Shown here: piece after piece, positions 8,921-17,561 of the stretch
Layout of the letters: every line of letters begins with the position of its first letter
Numbering within the stretch: position 1 is the stretch's first letter
NCBI GenBank assembly: GCA_963710435.1
Contig: CAVQAE010000009.1
Span: 21,159-85,158 of the forward strand
Source of the DNA: an uncultured Gammaproteobacteria bacterium
GTDB taxonomy: Bacteria; Pseudomonadota; Gammaproteobacteria; Steroidobacterales; Steroidobacteraceae
DNA length: 64,000 nucleotides
Direction: 5' to 3'
Notes under the pieces: generated by a model
The model's database searches: none
What the model was told of the DNA's origin: nothing
Seen by the model: only the letters and a program-made list of their open reading frames with translations
Program-made: the position numbers and the translations under genes

Positions 8921-9718
8921 TCAAGTGATCAGAAAGCCGCCGTCGAGCGTGAGCGACTGCCCGGTGATGTAGCCACCCGAGGGTCCGACGAGATAGAGGA
9001 CGGCTGCGGCGATATCGCGGCCGTCCCCCATGCCAAGCGGCAGGCGGTTGGGATCCGTCCCCGGACCTTCGAGCGCGCCGCCGGCGGCGAGCCGTACCTC
9101 GAGCGTCTCGTGAAAGCGCGTCTTGCCGCGCACGGCACCCGGCAGCACGATATTGCACAGAATGCGATCGCGGGCATGATCGTGCGCGATGGCGCGCGTC
9201 ATCGCGGTCACTCCCGCACGGGAGGCGGCATAGGCGGCATTTCCCTTGAGCGTGGGATGCAGCGAGCCCATCGTCGTCACATTGACGATGCGCCCGCCCT
9301 GGCCTGCCTCGAGCATCCCGCGCACCCCCTCGCGCATCAAGAGGAACGTCGAACGCTGATTCGCCGACTGCAGCGCGTCGAATTGTGCGAGCGTCGTTTC
9401 CGCGAGCGGCTGGTTCGCCACGACGCCCGCGCAATTGACGAGGATATCGAGACGGGCGAACCGTGCACGGATCTTCGTAAACAGGGCGCGCACGGACTCC
9501 TCGGACTCGATATCGGTTGCAATCGCGGTAACGATCTCGCCGGTGGGATCGATCTTGCGGGCGAGCGCCGTGGCCTCGGCGTCTCGGTCGGCGATGACGA
9601 CACGCGCGCCGGCAGCCGCGAGCACCGGCGCGACATCGATACTCGAGCACCCGCCGCTGTCGGTCACGACGGCCACCTGGCCGCCGATGCGAAAGAGCTG
9701 CGCCAGCAGATCGCTCAT
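8921..9718 (-). CDS. Atypical SDR-fold protein (degenerate cofactor and catalytic motifs)
   Basis: The protein has the SDR fold (LDILVNCAG, NVTTMGS). The Gly-rich motif reads VVTDSGGCSSIDV and the catalytic Y-x3-K reads YAASR. I place the start at ATG 9718, which forms an ATGA overlap with the P450 stop, rather than at the track start 9751. Confidence 0.7.
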   Translation of the reverse strand: MSDLLAQLFRIGGQVAVVTDSGGCSSIDVAPVLAAAGARVVIADRDAEATALARKIDPTGEIVTAIATDIESEESVRALFTKIRARFARLDILVNCAGVVANQPLAETTLAQFDALQSANQRSTFLLMREGVRGMLEAGQGGRIVNVTTMGSLHPTLKGNAAYAASRAGVTAMTRAIAHDHARDRILCNIVLPGAVRGKTRFHETLEVRLAAGGALEGPGTDPNRLPLGMGDGRDIAAAVLYLVGPSGGYITGQSLTLDGGFLIT

Positions 9719-10920
9719 ACCGGCCAGCTGAGCACCAATCGCTCCACACAATTGACCTGGCCGGTGCCGAACACCGGTTTCTCACCGCTCTTCAAGTCAA
9801 ACTCGGGAATCCGCTTGAGCCACTCCTCGAGGAAGACTTTGATCTCGAGCTTCGCGAGGAGCGAGCCCGGACAGCGATGCGGACCCGCGCCAAAGCTCTG
9901 ATGGGTCAGATCGCGCCGGTCGAAATCGATGCTCATCGCCTGCGGATAGCGCGACTCATCCATGCCGGCGAGGATCGGCGAGACATATACCTTCTCGCCG
10001 GCCTTGAACTGAATCCCGTGGTACTCGAAGTCCCGTGTGAGAGTGCGCGCGGTTGCCGAGGGCGCGAAGCGGCGCATCAACTCGTCGGTGGCGCGGTCGA
10101 GATCAGCGGCGCGCGCGATCAGCTGCCGGCGATGCTCGGGATGGCGCGCCAGAAAGTGGGCGATGAACCCGAGCGTGGAGGCGACGGTATCGAGTCCGCC
10201 GAACAGCAATATGAGCAGCATGCTCATGAGGTCGTCGTCTTTGAGGGGCTCATCGGCGATGCGCCCGTGCACGATCGCGCTCAACACATCATCGCCCGGT
10301 TGCGCGCGGCGCGCGGCGATGACGGGCTCGAGGTACGCCATCATCAAATGGAACGACTCGCCGCGCTCGGCCGGGGTGCCGCGGGTCGACATCTGCGCGT
10401 AGCGGAGCAGTTGCGATCGATCGGCCATCGGCAAGTTCGTGAGCCGCATGAAAATCGCGATGGGCAAAATCGAGGCGAACTCACTCATGAACTCGCAGCT
10501 GCCGTGCGGTCGGAATCGCTCGATCAGCTTGACGGTGAGCTCCTGCGTGAAACCTTTGAGCGCGGCGATGCGCTTCGGCGCAAACCAGGGGTTCAAGAGC
10601 GCGCGGAACGGGCCGTGCTCCGGCGGATCCGACTCGAGCGGCAAGCCGCGCGTCGGCCGCGTGTTGGCCGGCATCGTCACATCGCGCATCGAGAAGGGAT
10701 CATGGGTGCGTTGGATGTAGTCGATGTCCGCCGCTCGCGTCGGAATCCAATAGCCGCCGTGATACGGGGCCCAGACGAACGCGGGACCGCCCGCCAATCG
10801 ATGCCAGGCCGCGTGCAAATCTTCGCGGCCGCCCGGCGGATTGTAGACGTCGAAGTCGACGACGAGTTCGGCCGGCACGTGCTCAGGGCGTGCTACTTCG
10901 ATGTCCGTCGCGGAATGCAT
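9715..10920 (-). CDS. Cytochrome P450, CYP101 (P450cam)-like class I
   Basis: It has the heme-thiolate loop FGAGPHRCPGSLLAKLE and the I-helix GGLDTV. The N-terminus HVPAELVVDFDVYNP parallels P450cam HVPEHLVFDFDMYNP. Confidence 0.9.
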   Translation of the reverse strand: MHSATDIEVARPEHVPAELVVDFDVYNPPGGREDLHAAWHRLAGGPAFVWAPYHGGYWIPTRAADIDYIQRTHDPFSMRDVTMPANTRPTRGLPLESDPPEHGPFRALLNPWFAPKRIAALKGFTQELTVKLIERFRPHGSCEFMSEFASILPIAIFMRLTNLPMADRSQLLRYAQMSTRGTPAERGESFHLMMAYLEPVIAARRAQPGDDVLSAIVHGRIADEPLKDDDLMSMLLILLFGGLDTVASTLGFIAHFLARHPEHRRQLIARAADLDRATDELMRRFAPSATARTLTRDFEYHGIQFKAGEKVYVSPILAGMDESRYPQAMSIDFDRRDLTHQSFGAGPHRCPGSLLAKLEIKVFLEEWLKRIPEFDLKSGEKPVFGTGQVNCVERLVLSWPV

Positions 10921-10942
10921 TGAACTTCCCTCGGAATGAGCG

Positions 10943-11740
10943 TTAGCCGATCAGATAACCACCATCGACATACAGAATCTGCCCGGTGATGGAGCGCGAG
11001 GCGTCCGAGGACAGAAACAGCACCGCCCGCGCGATCTCGTCCGGGTCGAGGATACCGACCGGCATGGCCATGCGCTTTTGCCAGTCCTCCCCCATGGTGC
11101 GCAGGAGCTCGGGGGAGAAGCTCGCCGGAATGGAGCCCGCACCGCCGGGCGTATTGGTGCCGCCGGGTCCGACGGCATTCACCCGGATCATGTGCGCGCC
11201 GAGCTCGAGCGCGAGCGATTGAGTCATCATCGCAACGCCCGCCTTGGCGGTGTTGTAGTCGACTTTCCAGCGCACCGGATGGGCGGCGGCGGTCGAGGCA
11301 ATGTTGACGATGGCGCCGCCCCGCCGTTGCGCGATCATTTGTCTCGCGACCGCCTGGCTCATGAAGAAGACGCCACGCGTATTGACCGCCATGAACCGGT
11401 CCCAGTCTTCCGGGGTGAGGGTGTCCCAGGTCGACCAGCCGCGCAGCGCCGCGTTGTTCACCAGGATGTCGATGCCGCCGAACGCATCGACCGCGCTCGA
11501 GACGAGCCGGCCGATATCGGCCGTCACCGACACATCGGCGGCCCGCGCATGCGCCTTGCGGCCGCGGAGCGCGATCTCGCCCGTCACACTATCGAGGGGC
11601 GCTTGCTCGAGATCGCAGAGCACCACCGCCGCGCCGGCATCCGCCAGCCGCAACGCGATCGCCCGGCCGATCCCGCGGGCCGCCCCCGTGATGAGCGCGA
11701 CGCGCCCCGTCAGATCGAACAGCTTGGCAGTCGGATCCAC
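10943..11740 (-). CDS. SDR family oxidoreductase
   Basis: Motifs are LITGAARGIGRAIA (Rossmann), NNAA, and YNTAKAG (Y-x3-K). Confidence 0.85.
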   Translation of the reverse strand: MDPTAKLFDLTGRVALITGAARGIGRAIALRLADAGAAVVLCDLEQAPLDSVTGEIALRGRKAHARAADVSVTADIGRLVSSAVDAFGGIDILVNNAALRGWSTWDTLTPEDWDRFMAVNTRGVFFMSQAVARQMIAQRRGGAIVNIASTAAAHPVRWKVDYNTAKAGVAMMTQSLALELGAHMIRVNAVGPGGTNTPGGAGSIPASFSPELLRTMGEDWQKRMAMPVGILDPDEIARAVLFLSSDASRSITGQILYVDGGYLIG

Positions 11741-11795
11741 TGCTTTCCCCCGGATTTGGCACCATGATAACCGGCGCTATTGCGTGCGACAATGG

Positions 11796-11806
11796 GAACG
11801 GTGTAC
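11796..11806. promoter_or_regulatory. Operator-like site GAACGGTGTAC
   Basis: It lies in the divergent region between the SDR operon (start 11740) and the LLM gene (11852). It has one mismatch to GAAC-N3-GTTC. Confidence 0.4.
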
Positions 11807-11851
11807 AACTTCCTGTACGATCAGCTCCGGTGAAGTTGGGAGGGGCCGGCA

Positions 11852-12778
11852 ATGAACATCGGCAAGTTGGGCGTTTGGGCGCTGGTCGATGCGCTCGCCG
11901 CGCCGCACCTCGTCGCGCTCGCGCAAGACATCGAAAGCTGGGGCTATTCGGCGCTCTGGATGGGCGAGGCCTTCGGGCGCGATGTGCTGGTAAGCTCGGC
12001 GCTGCTCTTGGCGCACACCCGCACACTCGGTGTCGCGGCGGGCATCGCGAACCTGTACGCGCGCGACGCCATGGCCATGGCCGCGGCTCGCAACCAGCTC
12101 AATGAGCAGTCGGGCAATCGGTTCCTCTTAGGTATCGGTGTGTCGCACGCGCCGCTCGTCGATCGGGTGCGCGGCCACCACTTCGACAAGCCGCTCGCCA
12201 CCATGAGCGCGTATCTCGCAGCCATGTCGCGCGCCCACTATGGCTCGCCGGCGCCCAGCGAGCGGCCACAGACCGTGATCGCGGCGTTGGGTCCCAAGAT
12301 GCTGGCGTTGGCGCGGGAGGCGGCCGACGGCGCGCATCCCTACAACGTCACGGTGGCCCAAGTGGCCGAAGCCCGCGCGATCTTAGGTCCCGGCAAGCTT
12401 CTCTGCGTCGAGCAAAAGCTATTGCTCGAGCCCGATCCCGAGCGGGCGCGTCACATCGGCCGGCTCAACCTGAAGCCGTATCTGGCGCTCCCCAATTACG
12501 TCAACAGCTGGCGGCGCGCGGGCTACGGCGATGCGGATTTTGCCGGCGATCTGTCGGAACGATTGGTCGACGCGCTCATTGCGTGGGGCGACGCGGACGC
12601 GCTCCGCCAACGCATCCGCGCGCTCTGGGCGGCCGGCGCCGATCATGTGTGCGTCCAGGCGATGGCGGCGAACCCGGCCAAGTCGCTTTTGGACGGTCCG
12701 GACACGGCACTGCTCGAACTCCTCGCACCCTTCGCTCGGCAGAGCAACGCGAGCTCGCCGACGAGCCATGGGCGATGA
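11852..12778 (+). CDS. Luciferase-like monooxygenase (LLM) family oxidoreductase
   Basis: The 308-aa product begins MNIGKLGVWALVDAL...WGYSALWMGEAFGRDVL...FLLGIGVSH, which is typical of the LLM TIM-barrel family. The cofactor (FMN versus F420) cannot be told from the sequence by eye. Confidence 0.75.
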   Translation: MNIGKLGVWALVDALAAPHLVALAQDIESWGYSALWMGEAFGRDVLVSSALLLAHTRTLGVAAGIANLYARDAMAMAAARNQLNEQSGNRFLLGIGVSHAPLVDRVRGHHFDKPLATMSAYLAAMSRAHYGSPAPSERPQTVIAALGPKMLALAREAADGAHPYNVTVAQVAEARAILGPGKLLCVEQKLLLEPDPERARHIGRLNLKPYLALPNYVNSWRRAGYGDADFAGDLSERLVDALIAWGDADALRQRIRALWAAGADHVCVQAMAANPAKSLLDGPDTALLELLAPFARQSNASSPTSHGR

Positions 12779-12800
12779 GAGAAACGCAGCGCGTCGTGCC

Positions 12801-13616
12801 TTACTTCTGCGTCAGAAGCTCGTAGGCCGCAAGCGATCCGACCTCGGTCACACCCCCATCGACGGGCAGCAGGACTGCCGTGATGAACCGCGCGTCATCG
12901 CTCGCCAGAAAGAGCGCCGCCAGCGCCACATCCCACGCGTCGCCCTCGATCGCGAGCGGCCCCGCCCGGCGGCGCAGCTCGCGCGCGGACTCGCCGAGCA
13001 GTCCCATTGCGAGCGGCGTCATCACGTGTCCGGGGGCCACGGCGTTCACCCGGATGCCGCGCGGCCCATAGATGAGCGCGAGCTCGGCCGTCAGGCTGTT
13101 CATGGCCGCCTTCGATGGCCCATAGGCGAGCGTCCCGTAGGCGAGCGTTCCCGCGATCGAGGAGACATTGACGATCGAGCCGCCGCGCCGGAGATGGGGC
13201 AGCACGCTCTTTGACATGAGCAGCGCGCTCTTCACATTGACCGCGATGACCTGATCCCAGGCGGCTTCGTCGAAGTCCTCGAGCCGGCGTGGGCCGGCGG
13301 CGGTGCCGACATTGTTGACGAGAACGTCGACCTCGCCGTAGCGGCCCACCGTTTCCGCGACCACCCGCTCGCAGTCGCCCGCGCGCGTCACGTCGGCCAC
13401 GGTCACGAACGCCTCTCCCCCTTCGGCGGCGATCAGGTCCCGCGTTGCCGCGACTCGCTCCGCGTCGCGGTCCACGAGGCAGGTGCGCGCGCCCTCGCCC
13501 GCGAACACGGCGGCGATGGCCTTGCCGATGCCGACGCCCTGACCCTGGGAGCCCGCTCCCGTGACGATGGCGACCTTGCCCGTCAGACGGGCCCGATAGC
13601 GCTCTGGTTTTGGCAT
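12801..13616 (-). CDS. SDR family oxidoreductase
   Basis: Motifs are IVTGAGSQGQGVGIGKAIA, NNVG, and YGPSKAA. Confidence 0.85.
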   Translation of the reverse strand: MPKPERYRARLTGKVAIVTGAGSQGQGVGIGKAIAAVFAGEGARTCLVDRDAERVAATRDLIAAEGGEAFVTVADVTRAGDCERVVAETVGRYGEVDVLVNNVGTAAGPRRLEDFDEAAWDQVIAVNVKSALLMSKSVLPHLRRGGSIVNVSSIAGTLAYGTLAYGPSKAAMNSLTAELALIYGPRGIRVNAVAPGHVMTPLAMGLLGESARELRRRAGPLAIEGDAWDVALAALFLASDDARFITAVLLPVDGGVTEVGSLAAYELLTQK

Positions 13617-13671
13617 GGCTCACTCCCCTGCTCCGCCTTCACAATTCTGACCGCATTGTCTCACGCGCCGC

Positions 13672-13694
13672 GTTCTACAAAATGAACATCGTTC
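13672..13694. promoter_or_regulatory. Composite operator GTTC-N8-GAAC-N3-GTTC
   Basis: The sequence is GTTCTACAAAATGAACATCGTTC. All three half-sites are perfect. It lies in the divergent region between SDR 13616 and NMO 13855. Confidence 0.55.
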
Positions 13695-13817
13695 AGGCAC
13701 ACTTGGCTCGTCGGTGGCGACCGTCGCGGCCTCATCATCGGCGCGCTCATGATTCTGCCACCGGTCGCGGCGATTGACAGGTCCGAGCCTGGTTCCTACC
13801 ATCAGTCATTATTACCT

Positions 13818-13840
13818 AAACAACGTTCTATTATATGAAC
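13818..13840. promoter_or_regulatory. Composite operator AAAC-N3-GTTC-N8-GAAC
   Basis: The sequence is AAACAACGTTCTATTATATGAAC, 15 bp upstream of the NMO ATG. The spacer TATTATAT is -10-like. Confidence 0.5.
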
Positions 13841-13854
13841 CTCTCTTTTTTTCC

Positions 13855-14847
13855 ATGACACCCATCGAACCTGCGCTCAAGAACCGCGTGACGCGCCTCC
13901 TCGGCATCCGCTACCCCATCGTGCAAGGCGGCATGCAATGGGTAGGCACCGCCGAGCTCGCCGCCGCCGTTTCCAATGCCGGCGGCCTCGGCATTCTCAC
14001 GGCCCTCACCCAGCCCACCCCGGAGGCGCTCGGCCGCGAAATCGAGCGCTGTCGGTCGATGACCGAACAGCCGTTCGGCGTTAACTTGACCATCCTGCCG
14101 ACCACGACGCCGCCGCCGTACGAGGCCTACCTCGATGTGGTAATCGGCTCGGGCGTGAAGATCCTCGAGACCGCCGGCAACAACCCCAAGGCGTTCATTG
14201 CCAAGGCGAAGGCGGCGGGGGTGACGCTGATCCACAAGTGCACGTCATTGCGCCATGGGCTCTCCGCCGAGCGCAACGGCGTCGACATCGTCAGCATGGA
14301 CGGCTTCGAATGCGCCGGCCACCCGGGCGAGGATGAAGTCGGCGGTCTCGTGATATTTCCGCTCGCCGCGCGGCGCCTCAAGGTTCCAATGCTCGCCTCG
14401 GGCGGTATCACCGACGGGCGCGGGCTCGCGGCCGCACTCACGCTGGGCGCCGAGGGCATCAACATGGGTACCCGCTTTTGCGCGACCCGCGAGGCGCCCA
14501 TCCATGACCATATCAAGCAAATGATGGTCGAGCTCACGGAGCGCGATACCAACCTCATTTTCAAAACGCTGCACAACACCGGCCGCGTGCTCAAGAACGC
14601 CGTGTCCGACGAGGTCGTCGCGCTCGAGCGGCGAACCGGGGGCTGCACCTTCGAGGATGTGCGGCCGCTCGTAGCCGGCGCACGCGGCCGCGAGGCCTTG
14701 CTGCGCGGCGATGTTGCCGGCGGCCTGGTCTGGGGCGGTCAAGGGGTGGGCTTGATCGAGGACATCCCGAGCTGCGAGGAGCTGCTGCAGCGAATGATGC
14801 GGGAGTGCCGCGCGGCCGTCGCGCAGGCGGGGAGCTGGTTGGGTTAG
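13855..14847 (+). CDS. Nitronate monooxygenase / enoyl-reductase-like FMN oxidoreductase (NMO family)
   Basis: Motifs are LLGIRYPIVQGGMQWVGTAELAAAVSNAGGLGILTA and DIVSMDGFECAGHPG. I chose the in-frame ATG 13855 (MTPIEPALKN) rather than the track start 13774. Confidence 0.8.
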   Translation: MTPIEPALKNRVTRLLGIRYPIVQGGMQWVGTAELAAAVSNAGGLGILTALTQPTPEALGREIERCRSMTEQPFGVNLTILPTTTPPPYEAYLDVVIGSGVKILETAGNNPKAFIAKAKAAGVTLIHKCTSLRHGLSAERNGVDIVSMDGFECAGHPGEDEVGGLVIFPLAARRLKVPMLASGGITDGRGLAAALTLGAEGINMGTRFCATREAPIHDHIKQMMVELTERDTNLIFKTLHNTGRVLKNAVSDEVVALERRTGGCTFEDVRPLVAGARGREALLRGDVAGGLVWGGQGVGLIEDIPSCEELLQRMMRECRAAVAQAGSWLG

Positions 14848-14893
14848 TTCCTGCGCTCGGCCGCCGCGAGGATCGACAGTCCCTCGAGCCTGC

Positions 14894-16102
14894 TCATGGT
14901 GGGATTTCCCATTCGAGGGGCAGGTATTTCACGCCATTCACGGGACCGCTTTCGGTGCGCGGCCGCTCGCCGGGTATGATGCGAAAGTCGGCGATGCGTG
15001 TCAGCCACTCCTCGAGAAACACCTTGAGCTCGAGCCGCGCCAGGAATGAGCCGGGACAGCGGTGCGGGCCCTCACCGAAGGCCGCGTGGCGCTGCGCGCC
15101 GCGGTTGAAATCGACCCGCAGCGGGTCCGGGTAGCGGCGCTCGTCGAGGCCATGCAAACTCTTCGGCAAGAGGATCTGCTCGCCGGCATGAAACTCGATG
15201 TCCCGGTACTGCAGGTCGCGCGTGATCAGGCGCGCCGTGTTCGGAATGCCGAAGCGCCGCAGAAATTCCTCGATGGCGCGCGGGATGATTGCCGGATTCT
15301 CCCGCAGTTGCACCCGCAGCGCCGGCTGCTCGGCGAGGCAGCGCGTCGTGAATGACAGCGCGGCGGCCACCGTATCGAGGCCGCCGAAGATCACGTTCAC
15401 CATCATGCCCGCGAGCTCGGCCTCGCTGATCGGCCGGCCGCTGATCTGCGCGTTCACCATCCGGCTGAACAAGTCGGGCCCCGGATGACGCCGGCGCTCG
15501 ACGATCCATTGCTGCGTGTACTCCTGCAGGCCGCTGTATGCGGCGATCCGGTCTTCCTCCGAGTGGGGGCGGACGCTTTTCTCGGTAAGCTCGAGCAGAT
15601 GCTCGCGGTCCGTGAGAGGCAAGTCCACCAACCGCAAGAACGTGACGATGGGCAGGCGCTTCGCGAAGGCCTCCACGAACTCACACTCGCCCCGCGGCAC
15701 GATGTCATCGAGCAATTGCCGGGTCAGCTCACGCAGCGAGCCCTCGAGCGCCTGCATCGGCTTGGGGCCGAATGCCGGTGAAATCACGGCGCGCAATGGA
15801 CCGTGCTCCGGCGGATCGAACTCCAACGGCGCGAGATGCGGCTGATCGGGCATGATCGGCACCGTGATGCGCCGATAGGAGAAGCGGTCATGATCGGTCT
15901 GCATCACGTCGATATCCTCGGCGCGGGTGGCGATCCAGTGTCCGCCGTGCCGGGTTGACCAGATGATGTCCGGCCCCTCATGCAGCCGCTTCCAGGCCAG
16001 GTGCACGTCCTCCTCATGGCCCGGCGGTGCGCGATAGTCGAAATCGGTGACGAGATGCGCCGGCACGTGGGCGGGTGCGGACGCGGCGATGACGGCGCTC
16101 AT
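14894..16102 (-). CDS. Cytochrome P450, CYP101 (P450cam)-like class I (paralogue of 9715..10920)
   Basis: It has FGEGPHRCPGSFLARLE, GGLDTV and HVPAHLVTDFDY. It overlaps the upstream gene by 4 nt. Confidence 0.9.
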   Translation of the reverse strand: MSAVIAASAPAHVPAHLVTDFDYRAPPGHEEDVHLAWKRLHEGPDIIWSTRHGGHWIATRAEDIDVMQTDHDRFSYRRITVPIMPDQPHLAPLEFDPPEHGPLRAVISPAFGPKPMQALEGSLRELTRQLLDDIVPRGECEFVEAFAKRLPIVTFLRLVDLPLTDREHLLELTEKSVRPHSEEDRIAAYSGLQEYTQQWIVERRRHPGPDLFSRMVNAQISGRPISEAELAGMMVNVIFGGLDTVAAALSFTTRCLAEQPALRVQLRENPAIIPRAIEEFLRRFGIPNTARLITRDLQYRDIEFHAGEQILLPKSLHGLDERRYPDPLRVDFNRGAQRHAAFGEGPHRCPGSFLARLELKVFLEEWLTRIADFRIIPGERPRTESGPVNGVKYLPLEWEIPP

Positions 16103-16587
16103 TGTGAAGACTCCTCGGTCGCAATGAATTGCCAGCGGCGCTTGGGAGCGCAGCCGGGACGAAACTCGATGACTTGAACATCAATCCAGACGGGCAGGAG
16201 GTAGCGAAAATAAAACGCATGGGTAGAGGTCTGCGGCAGCTCCAGATCCTCGAGCACCCGGATCTCCATGCGTGGGTCGCGAGCCGCCACGGCGCGGCAT
16301 TCCTTCAAGATCTCGTCGACGACGGTGCGGTCCCGCACATGGAAACCTAAGTGATCGTCGCCGCGGATGATCGCCGGGAAATCGTGCTCTGCGACGTAGA
16401 TGAACTGGCTCCCCTCGGGATCGGTCGTGAGGAACAGATGATCGGGGCCGAACGCCTCGACTTGGGTGACGCCAAACCCGAGCGCCTCTTGATAGAAGGC
16501 CAGGAGGTCATTCCGCATCTGGCCCAGCGTGTTGCGCGGGATGGTCACCTGCAAATGATTCAGCCGCAAACCGTCGATGTGTTTCAT
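16099..16587 (-). CDS. VOC (glyoxalase/bleomycin-resistance/dioxygenase) family protein
   Basis: MKHIDGLRLNHLQVTIPRNTL...FYQEALGF...HLGFHV shows the beta-alpha-beta-beta-beta module pattern. I chose the start at internal ATG 16587 because the 29-aa N-terminal extension of the track ORF is Arg/Ala-rich. Confidence 0.55.
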   Translation of the reverse strand: MKHIDGLRLNHLQVTIPRNTLGQMRNDLLAFYQEALGFGVTQVEAFGPDHLFLTTDPEGSQFIYVAEHDFPAIIRGDDHLGFHVRDRTVVDEILKECRAVAARDPRMEIRVLEDLELPQTSTHAFYFRYLLPVWIDVQVIEFRPGCAPKRRWQFIATEESSQ

Positions 16588-16612
16588 AACCCCTCGCTCG
16601 TCGCGCCCACCC

Positions 16613-17536
16613 TCACGCGGGGTCGGTCTTGCCCGCCCAGCGCAACTTGACCATGCCGTCGCCAAACGGCTCATCGCGGTTCTTGAGCGCCACCTTCAAG
16701 CCGTGCGCGGCCATGTCGGCTTTGAACTGCGTGCGCCGCGGTCCCTTGGCGAGGTGGCTGCGGGCGTCGAGCTCCGCGACGAGCCGCTGCATCGTGCGCG
16801 CTCCGGCGAGCTCGAGCGCGAGATTCACCGCGCGCTTGTGCGCCGACAACAGCTCGCTGTCGACGGCGCCGACGCGACGCGCCAGCTCGTCCACCGCGGC
16901 ATCGAGCTCGGCCGCGGGCACCGCATCGAGCACCAGCCCGAGGCGCGCGGCGTCGCGTCCCCACAGGCAGTCTCCGGTCATCAGCATGCGCTTCGCCCAT
17001 TGCGGACCCAAGTGATAGAGCCACATGTTCATGGGCGGCGTGCCGTTGGCCCGCACGGCCGGAAAGCCGATCTTGGCATCTTCGGCGGCGAGCACCATGT
17101 CGCTCATGAGCGCGAGATCCGTCCCGCCGGCGAGACAGTTGCCTTGCACTCGGGCAATGACGGGCTTATGAATATCGAACAAGGTCAGGGTTTCGCGCTG
17201 GGTCTGCTCGAGGTTCCAGCAGTCATCGTCCAGGTTGCCCGCGCTCGTGCGGTACTTGATCTCCTCGCGGTCTTCGGCCTGCGCCGCCGCATCGGCGGCC
17301 CGTCCAGCGTACGCGCCCGCGAGATCGTAGCCTGCGCAAAAATCCTTCCCGGCGCCGCCGAGCACGATGACGTTGACATCGAGGCGCGCATCGGCTTCCA
17401 GCAGGCCATCTCGCAACTCGGCCACCATGGCGGGGCTCAGCGCGTTGCGCTTCTCCGGCCTGTTGAGCGTGATGCGTGCAACCGGCCCCTGCACCTCGAA
17501 GAGGATGTGCTCGGTGGTTCTTAAATATTTGCCCAT
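16613..17536 (-). CDS. Enoyl-CoA hydratase/isomerase (crotonase) family, long (~300 aa) form
   Basis: Motifs are ITLNRPEKRNAL and GAGKDFCAGYDL (oxyanion-hole region). It has a paralogue at 51583..52485. Confidence 0.85.
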   Translation of the reverse strand: MGKYLRTTEHILFEVQGPVARITLNRPEKRNALSPAMVAELRDGLLEADARLDVNVIVLGGAGKDFCAGYDLAGAYAGRAADAAAQAEDREEIKYRTSAGNLDDDCWNLEQTQRETLTLFDIHKPVIARVQGNCLAGGTDLALMSDMVLAAEDAKIGFPAVRANGTPPMNMWLYHLGPQWAKRMLMTGDCLWGRDAARLGLVLDAVPAAELDAAVDELARRVGAVDSELLSAHKRAVNLALELAGARTMQRLVAELDARSHLAKGPRRTQFKADMAAHGLKVALKNRDEPFGDGMVKLRWAGKTDPA

Positions 17537-17561
17537 ATGAGATTCTCCGAAATAGCTACGC

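Noticed and set aside
11852-12778. I considered calling the two LLM proteins and the PPOX-like protein F420-dependent.
   Set aside because: Cofactor preference (FMN versus F420) cannot be established from these sequences by eye, and no F420 biosynthesis genes are in the window. I kept the calls at family level.
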